Below are positions 27,164 through 35,595 of a DNA stretch of 51,395 nt, one piece after another. The DNA comes from Candidatus Moraniibacteriota bacterium (GTDB lineage Bacteria; Patescibacteriota; Minisyncoccia; Moranbacterales; DUUL01), in the NCBI GenBank assembly GCA_012841575.1, contig DUUL01000004.1:1-51395 (forward strand), read 5' to 3'. The position numbers and the translations under genes were made by a program. The stretch's first letter is position 1, and the number at the start of each line of letters is the position of its first letter. The notes under the pieces were generated by a model that saw nothing but the letters and a program-made list of their open reading frames with translations, had not been told where the DNA came from and searched no databases.

Positions 27164-28009
27164 ATGTCTAAACAAAAGATTATCGTTGCCAAGAATGCTG
27201 GATTTTGTTTTGGAGTTAATCGAGCGGTAAAAATGGCGGAAAAAGAATTAAAAAGAAAAAAACTAGTTTATTGTCTAGGAGCTTTAATTCATAACCCGCA
27301 AGTGGTGCAGGATTTGGAGCAAAAAGGATTTAAGGTAGTTAAAAAAGCGACGGAGGTACCAGAGGGACAAAAAGTTTTAATAAGAAGTCATGGTGTAACT
27401 AAGGAGATTATAGAAGAGTTAAGAAAGAGAGAGGCTAAGATTATTGATGCAACTTGTCCCTTTGTTAAGCGAGCTCAGTTGGTGGCAGAAAAATTTGCCA
27501 AGGAAGGTTTGCAGGTAATTATATTTGGCGACCCAGAGCATGCTGAGGTGGTTGGGATTAAATCCTATGCTGGCAAAAATGCTTTAGTGGTTCGTGATGA
27601 AAGAGATTTAAAAGGAATGGGAGCTTTCTCTAAAATTGGATTGTTAAGTCAAACTACACATAAGAAAGAGAATTTCCAAAAGTTAGCTTCAGCATTGTTG
27701 GCGCATACGGATGATCTGCACATTATTAATACAATTTGTTCTGATACGGCAATTAAGCAGGCGGAAGCTAAGGAGCTAGCGAAGAAAGTTGATTTGATGT
27801 TAGTAATTGGCGGGAAAGAATCTAGTAATACGAAAAAACTTTTTCAATTAAGTAAAAAGGGTTGTGAAAAAGCATATCACATTGAAGTTGCTGATGAAAT
27901 CAAGCCACAGTGGTTAGAGGGTGTGGAAGAAGTTGGAATCGCAGCGGGGGCATCTACGCCGGAAAAGTCAATTCGGGCAGTGGTAAAAAAAATAAAAGAA
28001 TCAATATGA
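27164..28009 (+). CDS. ispH: 4-hydroxy-3-methylbut-2-enyl diphosphate reductase
   Basis: AGFCFGVNRAV, DATCPFVKR and NTICSDT give the three cluster cysteines. GGKESSNTKKL. Confidence 0.9.
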   Translation: MSKQKIIVAKNAGFCFGVNRAVKMAEKELKRKKLVYCLGALIHNPQVVQDLEQKGFKVVKKATEVPEGQKVLIRSHGVTKEIIEELRKREAKIIDATCPFVKRAQLVAEKFAKEGLQVIIFGDPEHAEVVGIKSYAGKNALVVRDERDLKGMGAFSKIGLLSQTTHKKENFQKLASALLAHTDDLHIINTICSDTAIKQAEAKELAKKVDLMLVIGGKESSNTKKLFQLSKKGCEKAYHIEVADEIKPQWLEGVEEVGIAAGASTPEKSIRAVVKKIKESI

Positions 28010-28032
28010 GATAGCTTTAGAGTGATCACTCG

Positions 28033-28061
28033 TTGACTTTCTTGAAAAAACTTGTTAATCT
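28033..28061 (+). promoter_or_regulatory. Putative promoter for rplY (TTGACT - 17 nt - TAATCT)
   Basis: -35 at 28033-28038 and a weak -10 at 28056-28061. A 12-bp perfect palindrome sits immediately upstream. Confidence 0.3.
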
Positions 28062-28151
28062 CTAAGAAAGAGGCAAATAAGACTTTGCTAAATCCGTTTG
28101 CGGTTTTTAGGTATGTCTTTTTTGATTTAATTATAAGCATTTAAAAATCAT

Positions 28152-28835
28152 ATGGCAGAGTTAAAATTAGTAGCTAATCTCAGAAATAAAGGGGAAAAAA
28201 GGGATGGAATGATTCCAGCGATTTTGTATGGCAGAGGAATTGAAAACAAGGTTCTATGGATAGATGAAAATAGTTTTATTAAATTAGAACGTGAGGCGGG
28301 AAGGAGTGTTTTGGTTGATTTGGAGGTTGAGGGAGAGAAGAATAGAGTGTTAATCCATGACTTTCAGAAAGACCCACTTACCGATAATTTTATTCATGTT
28401 GACTTTTATCAAGTAAGGATGGATGAAGAAATTGAAGCAAACGTAGAGGTCATTTTTGAGGGTGAGTCTCCAGCGGTGAAAGAGTTGGGTGGAGTGTTGT
28501 TGAAAACAGTTGACGAAGTTTTAGTTCGTTGTTTACCAGCTGATTTGCCGAAGGAAATCAAGGTTGATTTATCAGGACTTAAGACATTTGATGATAGGGT
28601 TTTTGTTAAGGATTTAAATATTTCTGATAAAGTTAAGATTGATCTAGATGGAGAAACCGTTGTTGCTTCTGTAGCAGCTCCTCGCTCAGAGGAAGAGTTG
28701 AGCAAATTAGACGAAGAGGTAGAGGGCGATATATCACAAATTGAGGGCATGGAGGACAAGTCAACTGAGGAAGTAGAGGCTGGTGGTGAAAAAGATGAGA
28801 AATCTGGTGATAAGGGCGACGATAAAAAGGAGTAA
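28152..28835 (+). CDS. rplY: 50S ribosomal protein bL25, long Ctc form with an acidic C-terminal tail
   Basis: IPAILYGRG and HVDFYQV motifs. 227 aa with a Glu/Asp/Lys-rich tail. Confidence 0.8.
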   Translation: MAELKLVANLRNKGEKRDGMIPAILYGRGIENKVLWIDENSFIKLEREAGRSVLVDLEVEGEKNRVLIHDFQKDPLTDNFIHVDFYQVRMDEEIEANVEVIFEGESPAVKELGGVLLKTVDEVLVRCLPADLPKEIKVDLSGLKTFDDRVFVKDLNISDKVKIDLDGETVVASVAAPRSEEELSKLDEEVEGDISQIEGMEDKSTEEVEAGGEKDEKSGDKGDDKKE

Positions 28836-28857
28836 TTTAAATTACTTTTATCAAAAC

Positions 28858-28894
28858 AAAAGAGTCGTTTTTAGAAGTTTAAACCAACTCTTTT
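28858..28894 (+). terminator. Weak hairpin after rplY (possible terminator)
   Basis: AAAAGAGT (28858-28865) pairs with ACTCTTTT (28887-28894), but the loop is 21 nt and the T-run is part of the stem. Confidence 0.25.
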
Positions 28895-28917
28895 ATCAGG
28901 TTGCTTAAGAAACAAAT

Positions 28918-30228
28918 ATGAAAATCAAAGAGCTAAAAATTGTTTTTTCTATTTTTTTTAAAAAAACGGCAATCTTTTTGTTTGCTCAAATTTTCTTGTT
29001 TAGTTCACTTTTAACAGTTTTTGCAAAGGAAGACAAGGAAAAGGAGGGAGGCGCAACTTCAAATGAGAATGCCAAAGAGGAAACTGCTGAGGAGGCTGCT
29101 AGAAAACAAAGAAGAGAAGCGGAAATCAAAGATAAAGCAGATGAAATTCGAGATGAAATTAAAGACATTGAAAAAGATAAGGCTAAAGACGAGCGGGTAA
29201 AATGGAAAATTTCTTCTGAAATTGGCTCGATTAACAGCAATATTTCCGAAATTGAAAAAGATCTAAGAGAAACTGCCAGTGAATTAGAACGTGTAGAACT
29301 AGAAATTCAAAGAAACGAATTAATGATCAGGGAAAAGAAGTTATTGATGGCAGAAGCGCTTAGGAAATTGGATCGAATGCGCCTAGAAACAAATCTGATT
29401 TTTCTGGGAGAGTCGGATGATTTGAAAAAATACTTTTTTGCTTCCGATGGGTTGGGTAAGTTAGAGGAGGAAATTTTAGTGATGGTAGAAGAGCTTAAGC
29501 AAAAGAAAGAAGAGAGAGAAGATTCTAAAAAAGAATATTCAGAAGTGCTTGAAGTTCAAGCTGATCAAAAAAGCACACTTGAAGGAGAGAAGAGAAAAAA
29601 AGGTTATCTATTAAACCAGACCCAAAGAGAAATTGAGAAGAAAGATGCGGATATCGCTAATTTGCAAGCAAAGCTTTCTAAGCTACAATCAGAGTTGTCA
29701 TCTTTATTGGGAAGGAGCTATAATTTCAGTGAAATTGAAAAGGCAGTTGAGTTTGCTTCAAAAAAAACTGGAGTGCGTAAGAATTTTTTAATGGGCATGT
29801 TGGTGGTGGAGTCAGATTTGGGAAGATTCACTGGGGGATGTAACTACAAAGAAAGTAAGATGAATGAGACAAGACAAAAATTGTTTAAAAAGATTTGTGA
29901 TGAATTAGGTTATGACTATAAGAAGAAAAAAGTTTCCTGTCCACCCAAAAATTATATGGGAACTGGGGGAGCGATGGGTGTTCAGCAGTTTATGAGTGAT
30001 ACATGGATGGCATATCGTAGTAGTATTTCTGCTCACACTGGTAATAATCCACCAGATCCTTGGAGTCTAACTGATGGAGTAATGGCAATGGCACTTAAGC
30101 TGGCAAGAGATGGGGGCACTTCTAGAAGTGGAGAGTGTCAGGCTTCAAAGAGATATCTGGGTGGATCACATCAGTGGTATTGCGATAAGGTGCAGTACTG
30201 GGCGAATCATTATGAGAAAAAACTTTAG
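28918..30228 (+). CDS. Secreted or anchored coiled-coil protein with a C-terminal SLT/MltB-like lytic transglycosylase domain
   Basis: N-terminal hydrophobic segment, then about 230 aa of heptad-like charged sequence. The C-terminal part has MLVVESDLG (candidate catalytic Glu) and GGAMGVQQFMSDTW (the AMG.QFM.STW motif of SLT domains). Confidence 0.55.
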   Translation: MKIKELKIVFSIFFKKTAIFLFAQIFLFSSLLTVFAKEDKEKEGGATSNENAKEETAEEAARKQRREAEIKDKADEIRDEIKDIEKDKAKDERVKWKISSEIGSINSNISEIEKDLRETASELERVELEIQRNELMIREKKLLMAEALRKLDRMRLETNLIFLGESDDLKKYFFASDGLGKLEEEILVMVEELKQKKEEREDSKKEYSEVLEVQADQKSTLEGEKRKKGYLLNQTQREIEKKDADIANLQAKLSKLQSELSSLLGRSYNFSEIEKAVEFASKKTGVRKNFLMGMLVVESDLGRFTGGCNYKESKMNETRQKLFKKICDELGYDYKKKKVSCPPKNYMGTGGAMGVQQFMSDTWMAYRSSISAHTGNNPPDPWSLTDGVMAMALKLARDGGTSRSGECQASKRYLGGSHQWYCDKVQYWANHYEKKL

Positions 30229-30246
30229 TTTATTTTTTATAAAAGA

Positions 30247-30456
30247 ATGAAGAAAAAAAAGATTGAAATTTCCTTGGAAAGCAATATTATGGAGATAATT
30301 GAAAATTACCCTGAAGCAATAGAGGTTTTTGTTGAATATAATTTGCCTTGCGTTGGTTGTTCGGCTGCTCGCTATGAAAGCATTAAGGATATTGTGGCGG
30401 AGTTTGGAATTGATGGTGATGAGTTAATTGGGAAGATCAAAGAAGGAATTAATTAA
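30247..30456 (+). CDS. DUF1858-type small redox-disulfide (CxxC) protein
   Basis: 69 aa. NIMEIIENYPEAIEVFVEYNLPCVGCSAARYESIKD resembles the hybrid-cluster-protein-associated redox disulfide domain. Confidence 0.5.
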   Translation: MKKKKIEISLESNIMEIIENYPEAIEVFVEYNLPCVGCSAARYESIKDIVAEFGIDGDELIGKIKEGIN

Positions 30457-30486
30457 ATTAGGGGCTGAGGATGTTATTTCTGATTG

Positions 30487-30525
30487 GACACCCAATGTTT
30501 TGTTTTTGCTGGGTGTCTTTTATTT
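30487..30525 (+). terminator. Rho-independent terminator
   Basis: GACACCCA (30487-30494) pairs with TGGGTGTC (30510-30517), followed by TTTTATTT. Confidence 0.7.
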
Positions 30526-30552
30526 CAAAGGATAAAATAAGTTTTTAGTGGA

Positions 30553-32256
30553 ATGATAAAAAGAATTGCTAGAAAATTTTTAATAAGAGAAAGAGTTTCT
30601 GAGTCGATTACTAGAAACGCTGTTTTGATAGCAACCATGGGGATTGCTAGCCGAATTTTAGGCTTAGTTAGAGACCGAGCCTTAGCTTCTAAATTTGGAG
30701 CGGGGGAAGTGCTGGATGCTTATTATGCAGCTTTTAAGATACCAGATTTTATTTATAGCTTTTTAATCTTAGGCACGGTGAGTGCTGCCTTTGTTCCAAT
30801 TTTTACTGAATTGATTTGTCGAAAGAAGGACAGTGAAGCTTGGCAGTTAGTCAATGCTTTGTTGACAGTTATTATTTTTGCCTTGAGCTTATTAGCACTA
30901 ATTTTGTTTTTCTTTACTCCTTCTTTAATCGAATGGTTAACAGTGGGCTTTGATCAGGAAAGAAAAGAGTTGGTTACAATGATGACCAGAATAATGTTAT
31001 TGAGCCCAATTATTTTAGGTGTTTCTAGTGTTATGGGTGGAATACTTAATTCTTTTAAGAAGTTTTTTTATTACTCCTTAGCGCCAATTTTTTATAATTT
31101 AGGAATTATTATCGGAGTAGTTTTTTTGAGTGAATATTTTGGTCCGATTGGTTTAGCTTGGGGGGTGATTTTAGGGGCGTTAATGCATCTTTCGGTTCAG
31201 ATTCCAGAAACTCTTAATAGCGGCTTAAATTTTTCTTTTCAACTTGACTTTAAAAATAAAAATTTACGTCGGATTATTATATTAATGATTCCTAGAGCTT
31301 TAGGCACTGCAGTTTCTCAAATTAATCTTTTAGTGGTGACAGTAATTGCTTCTACTTTAGCAGCAGGATCTTTGGCGATTTTTACCTTTGCGGACAATAT
31401 TCAATCTGTTTCTTTAGGAGTTTTTGGTATTTCTTTTGCTACAGCAGCTTTCCCAATTTTGTCTATTCTTTGGGCGGAGGGGAGAAAGGATGAGTTTACT
31501 GAAAGGTTTATTAAAACTTTGAGAAAGATTTTGTTTTTAATTATTCCTATTTCTGCATTGACTTTTGTTTTGAGAGCTCAGATTGTGCGGGTGATTTTGG
31601 GGACAGGGCGATTTGACTGGGAAGATACAATGCTAACATTAGAGTGCTTGGGTATTTTCACCATTTCCCTATGGGCGCAGGGAATGATCCCCTTACTGTC
31701 CAGAGCCTTTTACGCGATTCAAAACACTTTAATCCCTTTTGTTGTGGGAATTTTTTCAACCGCGCTTAACATTACGATTGCAGTTTATTTAATTAAGAAC
31801 AGTCAATTATTAGTCATTTTTTGGAAATGGCTTGGGTATAATCCGGAGGTTGCTGGTAACTTTGAAGTTATTGGCCTGGTTTTAGCATTTAGTATCTCTT
31901 CAATTGTCAATGCTTTGCTTTTGCTTTTCATCTTAAGATCCAGGATTGGTTCTTTTGGAAAACAGGGACTTTTCAAGATGTTAGGCAAAGTTTTGTTAGC
32001 AACTCTGATTATGGTTTTTGTTGCACAGATAGTCAAAAGTTTTGTGGGGGCAGAATCTTTAGGTACTAGGTCGACTTTCTTGGGTGTCTTTATTCAGTTA
32101 TTTTTAGCCGCAGGCAGTGGACTTGCAGTCTACATTTTCTTGGCCTACTCCTTTTCTATTTCAGAAGTTAGATATTTTATTGCTATAGTAAAAAAACACA
32201 TTTTAAAAATGAAAAAAGTATTTAATTTCTTTAGCTTTTTACGAAGAATTAGTTAA
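30553..32256 (+). CDS. murJ: Lipid II flippase MurJ (MviN)
   Basis: LGLVRDRALASKFGAG, AFKIPDFIY, and a 567-aa MOP-superfamily topology with about 14 or more TM helices. Confidence 0.85.
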   Translation: MIKRIARKFLIRERVSESITRNAVLIATMGIASRILGLVRDRALASKFGAGEVLDAYYAAFKIPDFIYSFLILGTVSAAFVPIFTELICRKKDSEAWQLVNALLTVIIFALSLLALILFFFTPSLIEWLTVGFDQERKELVTMMTRIMLLSPIILGVSSVMGGILNSFKKFFYYSLAPIFYNLGIIIGVVFLSEYFGPIGLAWGVILGALMHLSVQIPETLNSGLNFSFQLDFKNKNLRRIIILMIPRALGTAVSQINLLVVTVIASTLAAGSLAIFTFADNIQSVSLGVFGISFATAAFPILSILWAEGRKDEFTERFIKTLRKILFLIIPISALTFVLRAQIVRVILGTGRFDWEDTMLTLECLGIFTISLWAQGMIPLLSRAFYAIQNTLIPFVVGIFSTALNITIAVYLIKNSQLLVIFWKWLGYNPEVAGNFEVIGLVLAFSISSIVNALLLLFILRSRIGSFGKQGLFKMLGKVLLATLIMVFVAQIVKSFVGAESLGTRSTFLGVFIQLFLAAGSGLAVYIFLAYSFSISEVRYFIAIVKKHILKMKKVFNFFSFLRRIS

Positions 32257-32300
32257 CTAGCTTAGTAGGAATTTTTTGAATCAAATTAAAATTAGCTGTT

Positions 32301-32975
32301 ATGTTTTATCCTAATTTTAAAAAAGAACGTGAGCTTAAAAAACAAAATAATGAAATAATCACGATTGGAATTGATGAGGCTGGTCGAGGTCCATTAGCGG
32401 GTCCTGTTGTAGCGGCGGCAACTTTTTTTAGTTCTGATTTTTACGAAAATATATTTGATGAACAAGATTTAATTCGAGACAGTAAAACCTTGAGTGAAAA
32501 ACAGAGAAAGGAAATGTTTCGGTTGTTTTCTAATAACGAGCATTGTTTTTTTTCAGTAGCAGAGGTTTCGGAAAAGATAATTGATCGAGTTAATATTCGT
32601 CAAGCAACTTTACTAGCGATGCGCTTTGCAGTGGAAGAGCTTTTAGAAAAGATTAGTCAAGAGCTGTCTTTTCAAGAAGAAAATGTACTACTTCTTGTAG
32701 ATGGAAATACAGCGATTCCCAAATTAAAATATCAGCAACTTAATTTTATAAAAGGAGACCAGGCGATTTCCTCAATTGCTGCGGCTTCCATTTGTGCTAA
32801 AGTGACAAGAGATCGAATGATGGAAAGCTATCATCAGAAATTTTCTCAATATGGTTTCGATAAACATAAGGGGTATGGAACTAAGCAACATCTAGATAAT
32901 TTAGCTAAATTTGGACCCTGCTCTTTGCACAGAAAAACATTTGCTCCAGTGAAGAAGCTAGTGAGTAAAGTCTAA
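32301..32975 (+). CDS. rnhB: Ribonuclease HII
   Basis: IGIDEAGRGPLAGPVV (DEAGRG active-site motif), LVDGN, ASICAKVTRD. Confidence 0.9.
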   Translation: MFYPNFKKERELKKQNNEIITIGIDEAGRGPLAGPVVAAATFFSSDFYENIFDEQDLIRDSKTLSEKQRKEMFRLFSNNEHCFFSVAEVSEKIIDRVNIRQATLLAMRFAVEELLEKISQELSFQEENVLLLVDGNTAIPKLKYQQLNFIKGDQAISSIAAASICAKVTRDRMMESYHQKFSQYGFDKHKGYGTKQHLDNLAKFGPCSLHRKTFAPVKKLVSKV

Positions 32976-33010
32976 AAATAAAATTATTTTTTAAGTAAGC
33001 CAAAAGTTAT

Positions 33011-33037
33011 TTGCAAAAGTTTTTTTTAGTGTATAAT
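33011..33037 (+). promoter_or_regulatory. Putative promoter (TTGCAA - 15 nt - TATAAT) of the Lys-rich gene
   Basis: Consensus -10 TATAAT at 33032-33037 and -35-like TTGCAA at 33011-33016. The spacer is short. Confidence 0.45.
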
Positions 33038-33101
33038 TAAATTGGATAAAAAAGAAGAACGGCTGGTCGACGTTCTTCTCATCATCAAAAGAAAAAATAA
33101 A

Positions 33102-33335
33102 ATGAAAAAAACTACTAAAAAAGCCACTAAGAAAAAAGCAGCAAAAAAACCGGCGAAGAAAGTTGCCAAGAAGAAAGTTGCTAAAAAGAAGGTGACTAGA
33201 AGATGTGGAGCAAAAAAGCCAGTTAAAAAAACAGCTAAGAGAAAAGTTACCAAAAAGAAAGCTGCTAAGAAAAAAGTGGTAAAAAAAAGAGTGGCTAAAA
33301 AAACTGCAAGAAAAACCACAAAGAAGAGAAAGTAA
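33102..33335 (+). CDS. Lys/Ala-rich histone-H1-like basic protein (probable nucleoid or nucleic-acid-binding protein)
   Basis: 77-aa product MKKTTKKATKKKAAKKPAKKVAKKKVAKKKV... made of KK(A/V)AKK repeats. The ATG at 33102 is preferred because the TTG at 33042 lies at or upstream of the predicted transcription start. Confidence 0.55.
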   Translation: MKKTTKKATKKKAAKKPAKKVAKKKVAKKKVTRRCGAKKPVKKTAKRKVTKKKAAKKKVVKKRVAKKTARKTTKKRK

Positions 33336-33354
33336 CCTTGCTTTTTGAAGTTAA

Positions 33355-33388
33355 GAGGGCGCTCTTTGGAGGGGCGCTTTTCTTTTTT
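33355..33388 (+). terminator. Probable rho-independent terminator
   Basis: A GC-cored hairpin with G-U pairs (GAGGGCGCTCTT / AGGGGCGCTTTT) followed by CTTTTTT. Confidence 0.45.
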
Positions 33389-33425
33389 ATTTTATACATC
33401 AGAATTATTTAGATTTACAGAAATC

Positions 33426-33453
33426 TTGACATTTAGCTAAGATTGGCTAGACT
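33426..33453 (+). promoter_or_regulatory. Putative atp operon promoter (TTGACA - 16 nt - TAGACT)
   Basis: Consensus -35 at 33426-33431 and -10-like TAGACT at 33448-33453. Confidence 0.3.
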
Positions 33454-33463
33454 AAAGGAGAAG

Positions 33464-33751
33464 ATGTTTTTTGAAATGAGAGAAAGATATACTAAAAATA
33501 AAGAACAAGATTGGTGGAAGCCGAGTCTTGTTTTATTTATCAGGCTGTCTGGCTGGGTGGCTTTTCCTGTTATTTTGGCTCTGTTCATTGGAAGTCACTT
33601 GGATAATAAGTTTGACATAAAGCCCTGGGGGTTGTTGTTTTGCGTTGGATTAGCTTTTTTATTAACCTCTATCGGTATTGTGATTGAGGCAGGCAAGGCA
33701 ATAAAGCAGATTAATAATGACAACAAAGACGAGAGTATTTCGAGTAAATAG
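33464..33751 (+). CDS. AtpZ/AtpI-like small two-TM protein preceding the F-ATPase genes
   Basis: Two hydrophobic helices (GWVAFPVILALFIG, GLLFCVGLAFLLTSIGIVI) and a position directly upstream of atpB. The start is uncertain: ATG at 33464 after AAGGAG, ATG at 33476, or the ORF-track TTG at 33443. Confidence 0.5.
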   Translation: MFFEMRERYTKNKEQDWWKPSLVLFIRLSGWVAFPVILALFIGSHLDNKFDIKPWGLLFCVGLAFLLTSIGIVIEAGKAIKQINNDNKDESISSK

Positions 33752-33782
33752 TTTTCTTTTTAGATAAATTTTCAAAAAGGCG

Positions 33783-34601
33783 ATGGATAATCATGTGACC
33801 ATTCATCACGAGGCTACGTTATTTGCGGAACCGATTTTTAATTGGGGAAGTTTTTTTGTGACTAATTCACTTTTGAACAGTTTTGTTGCAACAATATTCC
33901 TGGTTTTTTTCTTTTGGTTGGTGGCACGTAAAGCAAAGAGTGTTCCCAGGGGGCTACAGAGTTTTTTTGAAATAGTTTTGGAGGGAGTTTTGTCATTTTT
34001 TGACTCTATTACCAATAGTCGTAAAAAGTCCGAGCGATTTCTTCCCTTAGTGCTTGGGCTTTTTTTGTTTATTTTAGTGAATAATTATTTGGGCTTAATT
34101 CCAGGGGTTGGTACGGTTGGTTTTATTGAGAATCATAATGGTGAATCGATATTTGTTCCTTTGATGCGTGGAGCAACCGCTGACTTAAACACCACTCTTG
34201 CGCTAGGCCTGGTTTCTATTATTATCGTTCATGTGGTTGGAGTTTGGTCAGTTGGTTGGTGGGCGCATTTAAATAAGTTTATTAATTTTAAGACCATTTT
34301 AGAGATTCCGCGAAAATTTACTAAAGAACCCAGTATTTTGCTGGTTAATCCAATCAAATTTTTTGTTGGAATTATTGAAATAGTAAGTGAGTTAGCAAAA
34401 GTCGCTTCGCTATCTTTTCGTTTATTCGGTAATATTTTTGCAGGTGAGGTTTTGCTGGCTTCTATGATGGCGATGATGGCATTTTTCTTGCCGATTCCTT
34501 TTATTTTTCTAGAAGTTTTGGTTGGCGTTATTCAAGCGCTAGTTTTTGCTATTTTGATTTTAGTTTTTTTAACTATGTCTACAACGGCAGAGGAACATTA
34601 A
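33783..34601 (+). CDS. atpB: F-type ATP synthase Fo subunit a
   Basis: LSFRLFGNIFAGE contains the essential Arg motif. Confidence 0.9.
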   Translation: MDNHVTIHHEATLFAEPIFNWGSFFVTNSLLNSFVATIFLVFFFWLVARKAKSVPRGLQSFFEIVLEGVLSFFDSITNSRKKSERFLPLVLGLFLFILVNNYLGLIPGVGTVGFIENHNGESIFVPLMRGATADLNTTLALGLVSIIIVHVVGVWSVGWWAHLNKFINFKTILEIPRKFTKEPSILLVNPIKFFVGIIEIVSELAKVASLSFRLFGNIFAGEVLLASMMAMMAFFLPIPFIFLEVLVGVIQALVFAILILVFLTMSTTAEEH

Positions 34602-34678
34602 GTTTTAATTTAGGGTGAAGTTTGTTATTAAATAGTTTATTATTAATTAATTAAATTTTATCGAAAAGCAGCAATTAA

Positions 34679-34951
<273 letters not shown>

Positions 34952-35093
34952 TATTTCTCCACGGTTTCTTTCCTTAGGGCGGACGGAGATCGTGATGGAA
35001 ATATTATCAATTAATATTTGGGTTTCATATAGTCTGTTGAATTTTGAGTGGTAAAATTTAATTTGATTTTTAAACTATAATCTTTGCATAAAC

Positions 35094-35591
35094 ATGGAAG
35101 AAATTATTAAAACTTTTCATATCGACTGGAAGCTTTTGATAGCCCAAGCTGTTAATTTTGCTATCGTGGTTTTTGCATTATACAAATTTGCCTACAAGCC
35201 ACTTTTGAAAACTATGAATGAGCGAACAGCAAAGATTGAGCAAGGTTTAAAGGACGCGGAGCTCTCTCAAGAGAAATTAGCTGAGGCCGAAACAAGAAAG
35301 AAAGAAGAGATTATCAAGGCAAAAAAAGAGGCCAAAAAAATTATTGAAGAAGCAATGGAGCAGGCTAATGAAAATCAGGAAAAAATTGTTGCTAATGCTA
35401 AGGAGCGTGCGGAGAAAGTGACTGTAGAGGCAAAGGAACAAATTCAACAAGAGAAGGAGAAGATGCTCTTGGAAGTGAGACAGGAGATTGGTGAATTAGT
35501 CTTATTGACAACCGAAAAGATTATTGACGAAAAGATAAAAAAAGACGGCGATCAAGAAATTATCGCCAATTCAATTAAAGCGCTATCTTAA
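35094..35591 (+). CDS. atpF: F-type ATP synthase Fo subunit b
   Basis: One N-terminal TM (LLIAQAVNFAIVVFALY) plus a long charged helix. Operon position. Confidence 0.75.
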   Translation: MEEIIKTFHIDWKLLIAQAVNFAIVVFALYKFAYKPLLKTMNERTAKIEQGLKDAELSQEKLAEAETRKKEEIIKAKKEAKKIIEEAMEQANENQEKIVANAKERAEKVTVEAKEQIQQEKEKMLLEVRQEIGELVLLTTEKIIDEKIKKDGDQEIIANSIKALS

Positions 35592-35595
35592 TTTT

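Noticed and set aside
28409-28759. 116-aa Ser-rich minus-strand ORF inside rplY. Similar antisense ORFs lie at 7060-7353, 34675-34911, 35583-35903, 37616-37903 and 39273-39518.
   Set aside because: All lie fully inside well-supported + strand genes with clear family motifs. Their low-complexity composition is typical of antisense frames of purine-rich coding sequence.
33042-33101. TTG-initiated N-terminal extension (MDKKEERLVDVLLIIKRKNK) of the Lys-rich protein
   Set aside because: The TTG lies 5 nt after a consensus TATAAT box, at or before the likely transcription start. The extension coincides with a perfect 9-bp hairpin, so the ATG at 33102 is the more plausible start.
33026-33319. 97-aa minus-strand ORF rich in Leu/Phe, which looks like a multi-TM protein
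   Set aside because: It is the mirror image of the AAG/AAA/GCT-repeat Lys/Ala-rich gene on the + strand; antisense of Lys codons gives Leu/Phe. The + strand gene has a promoter, a terminator and a plausible product, and this ORF has neither.
33102-33335. Apparent short tandem DNA repeats (AAGAAAGTTGCYAAG...), which could be mistaken for a repeat array or CRISPR
   Set aside because: The repeats are in frame, irregular in length and have no spacers. They reflect KKVAKK peptide repeats. No CRISPR-like repeat-spacer structure exists anywhere in the window.
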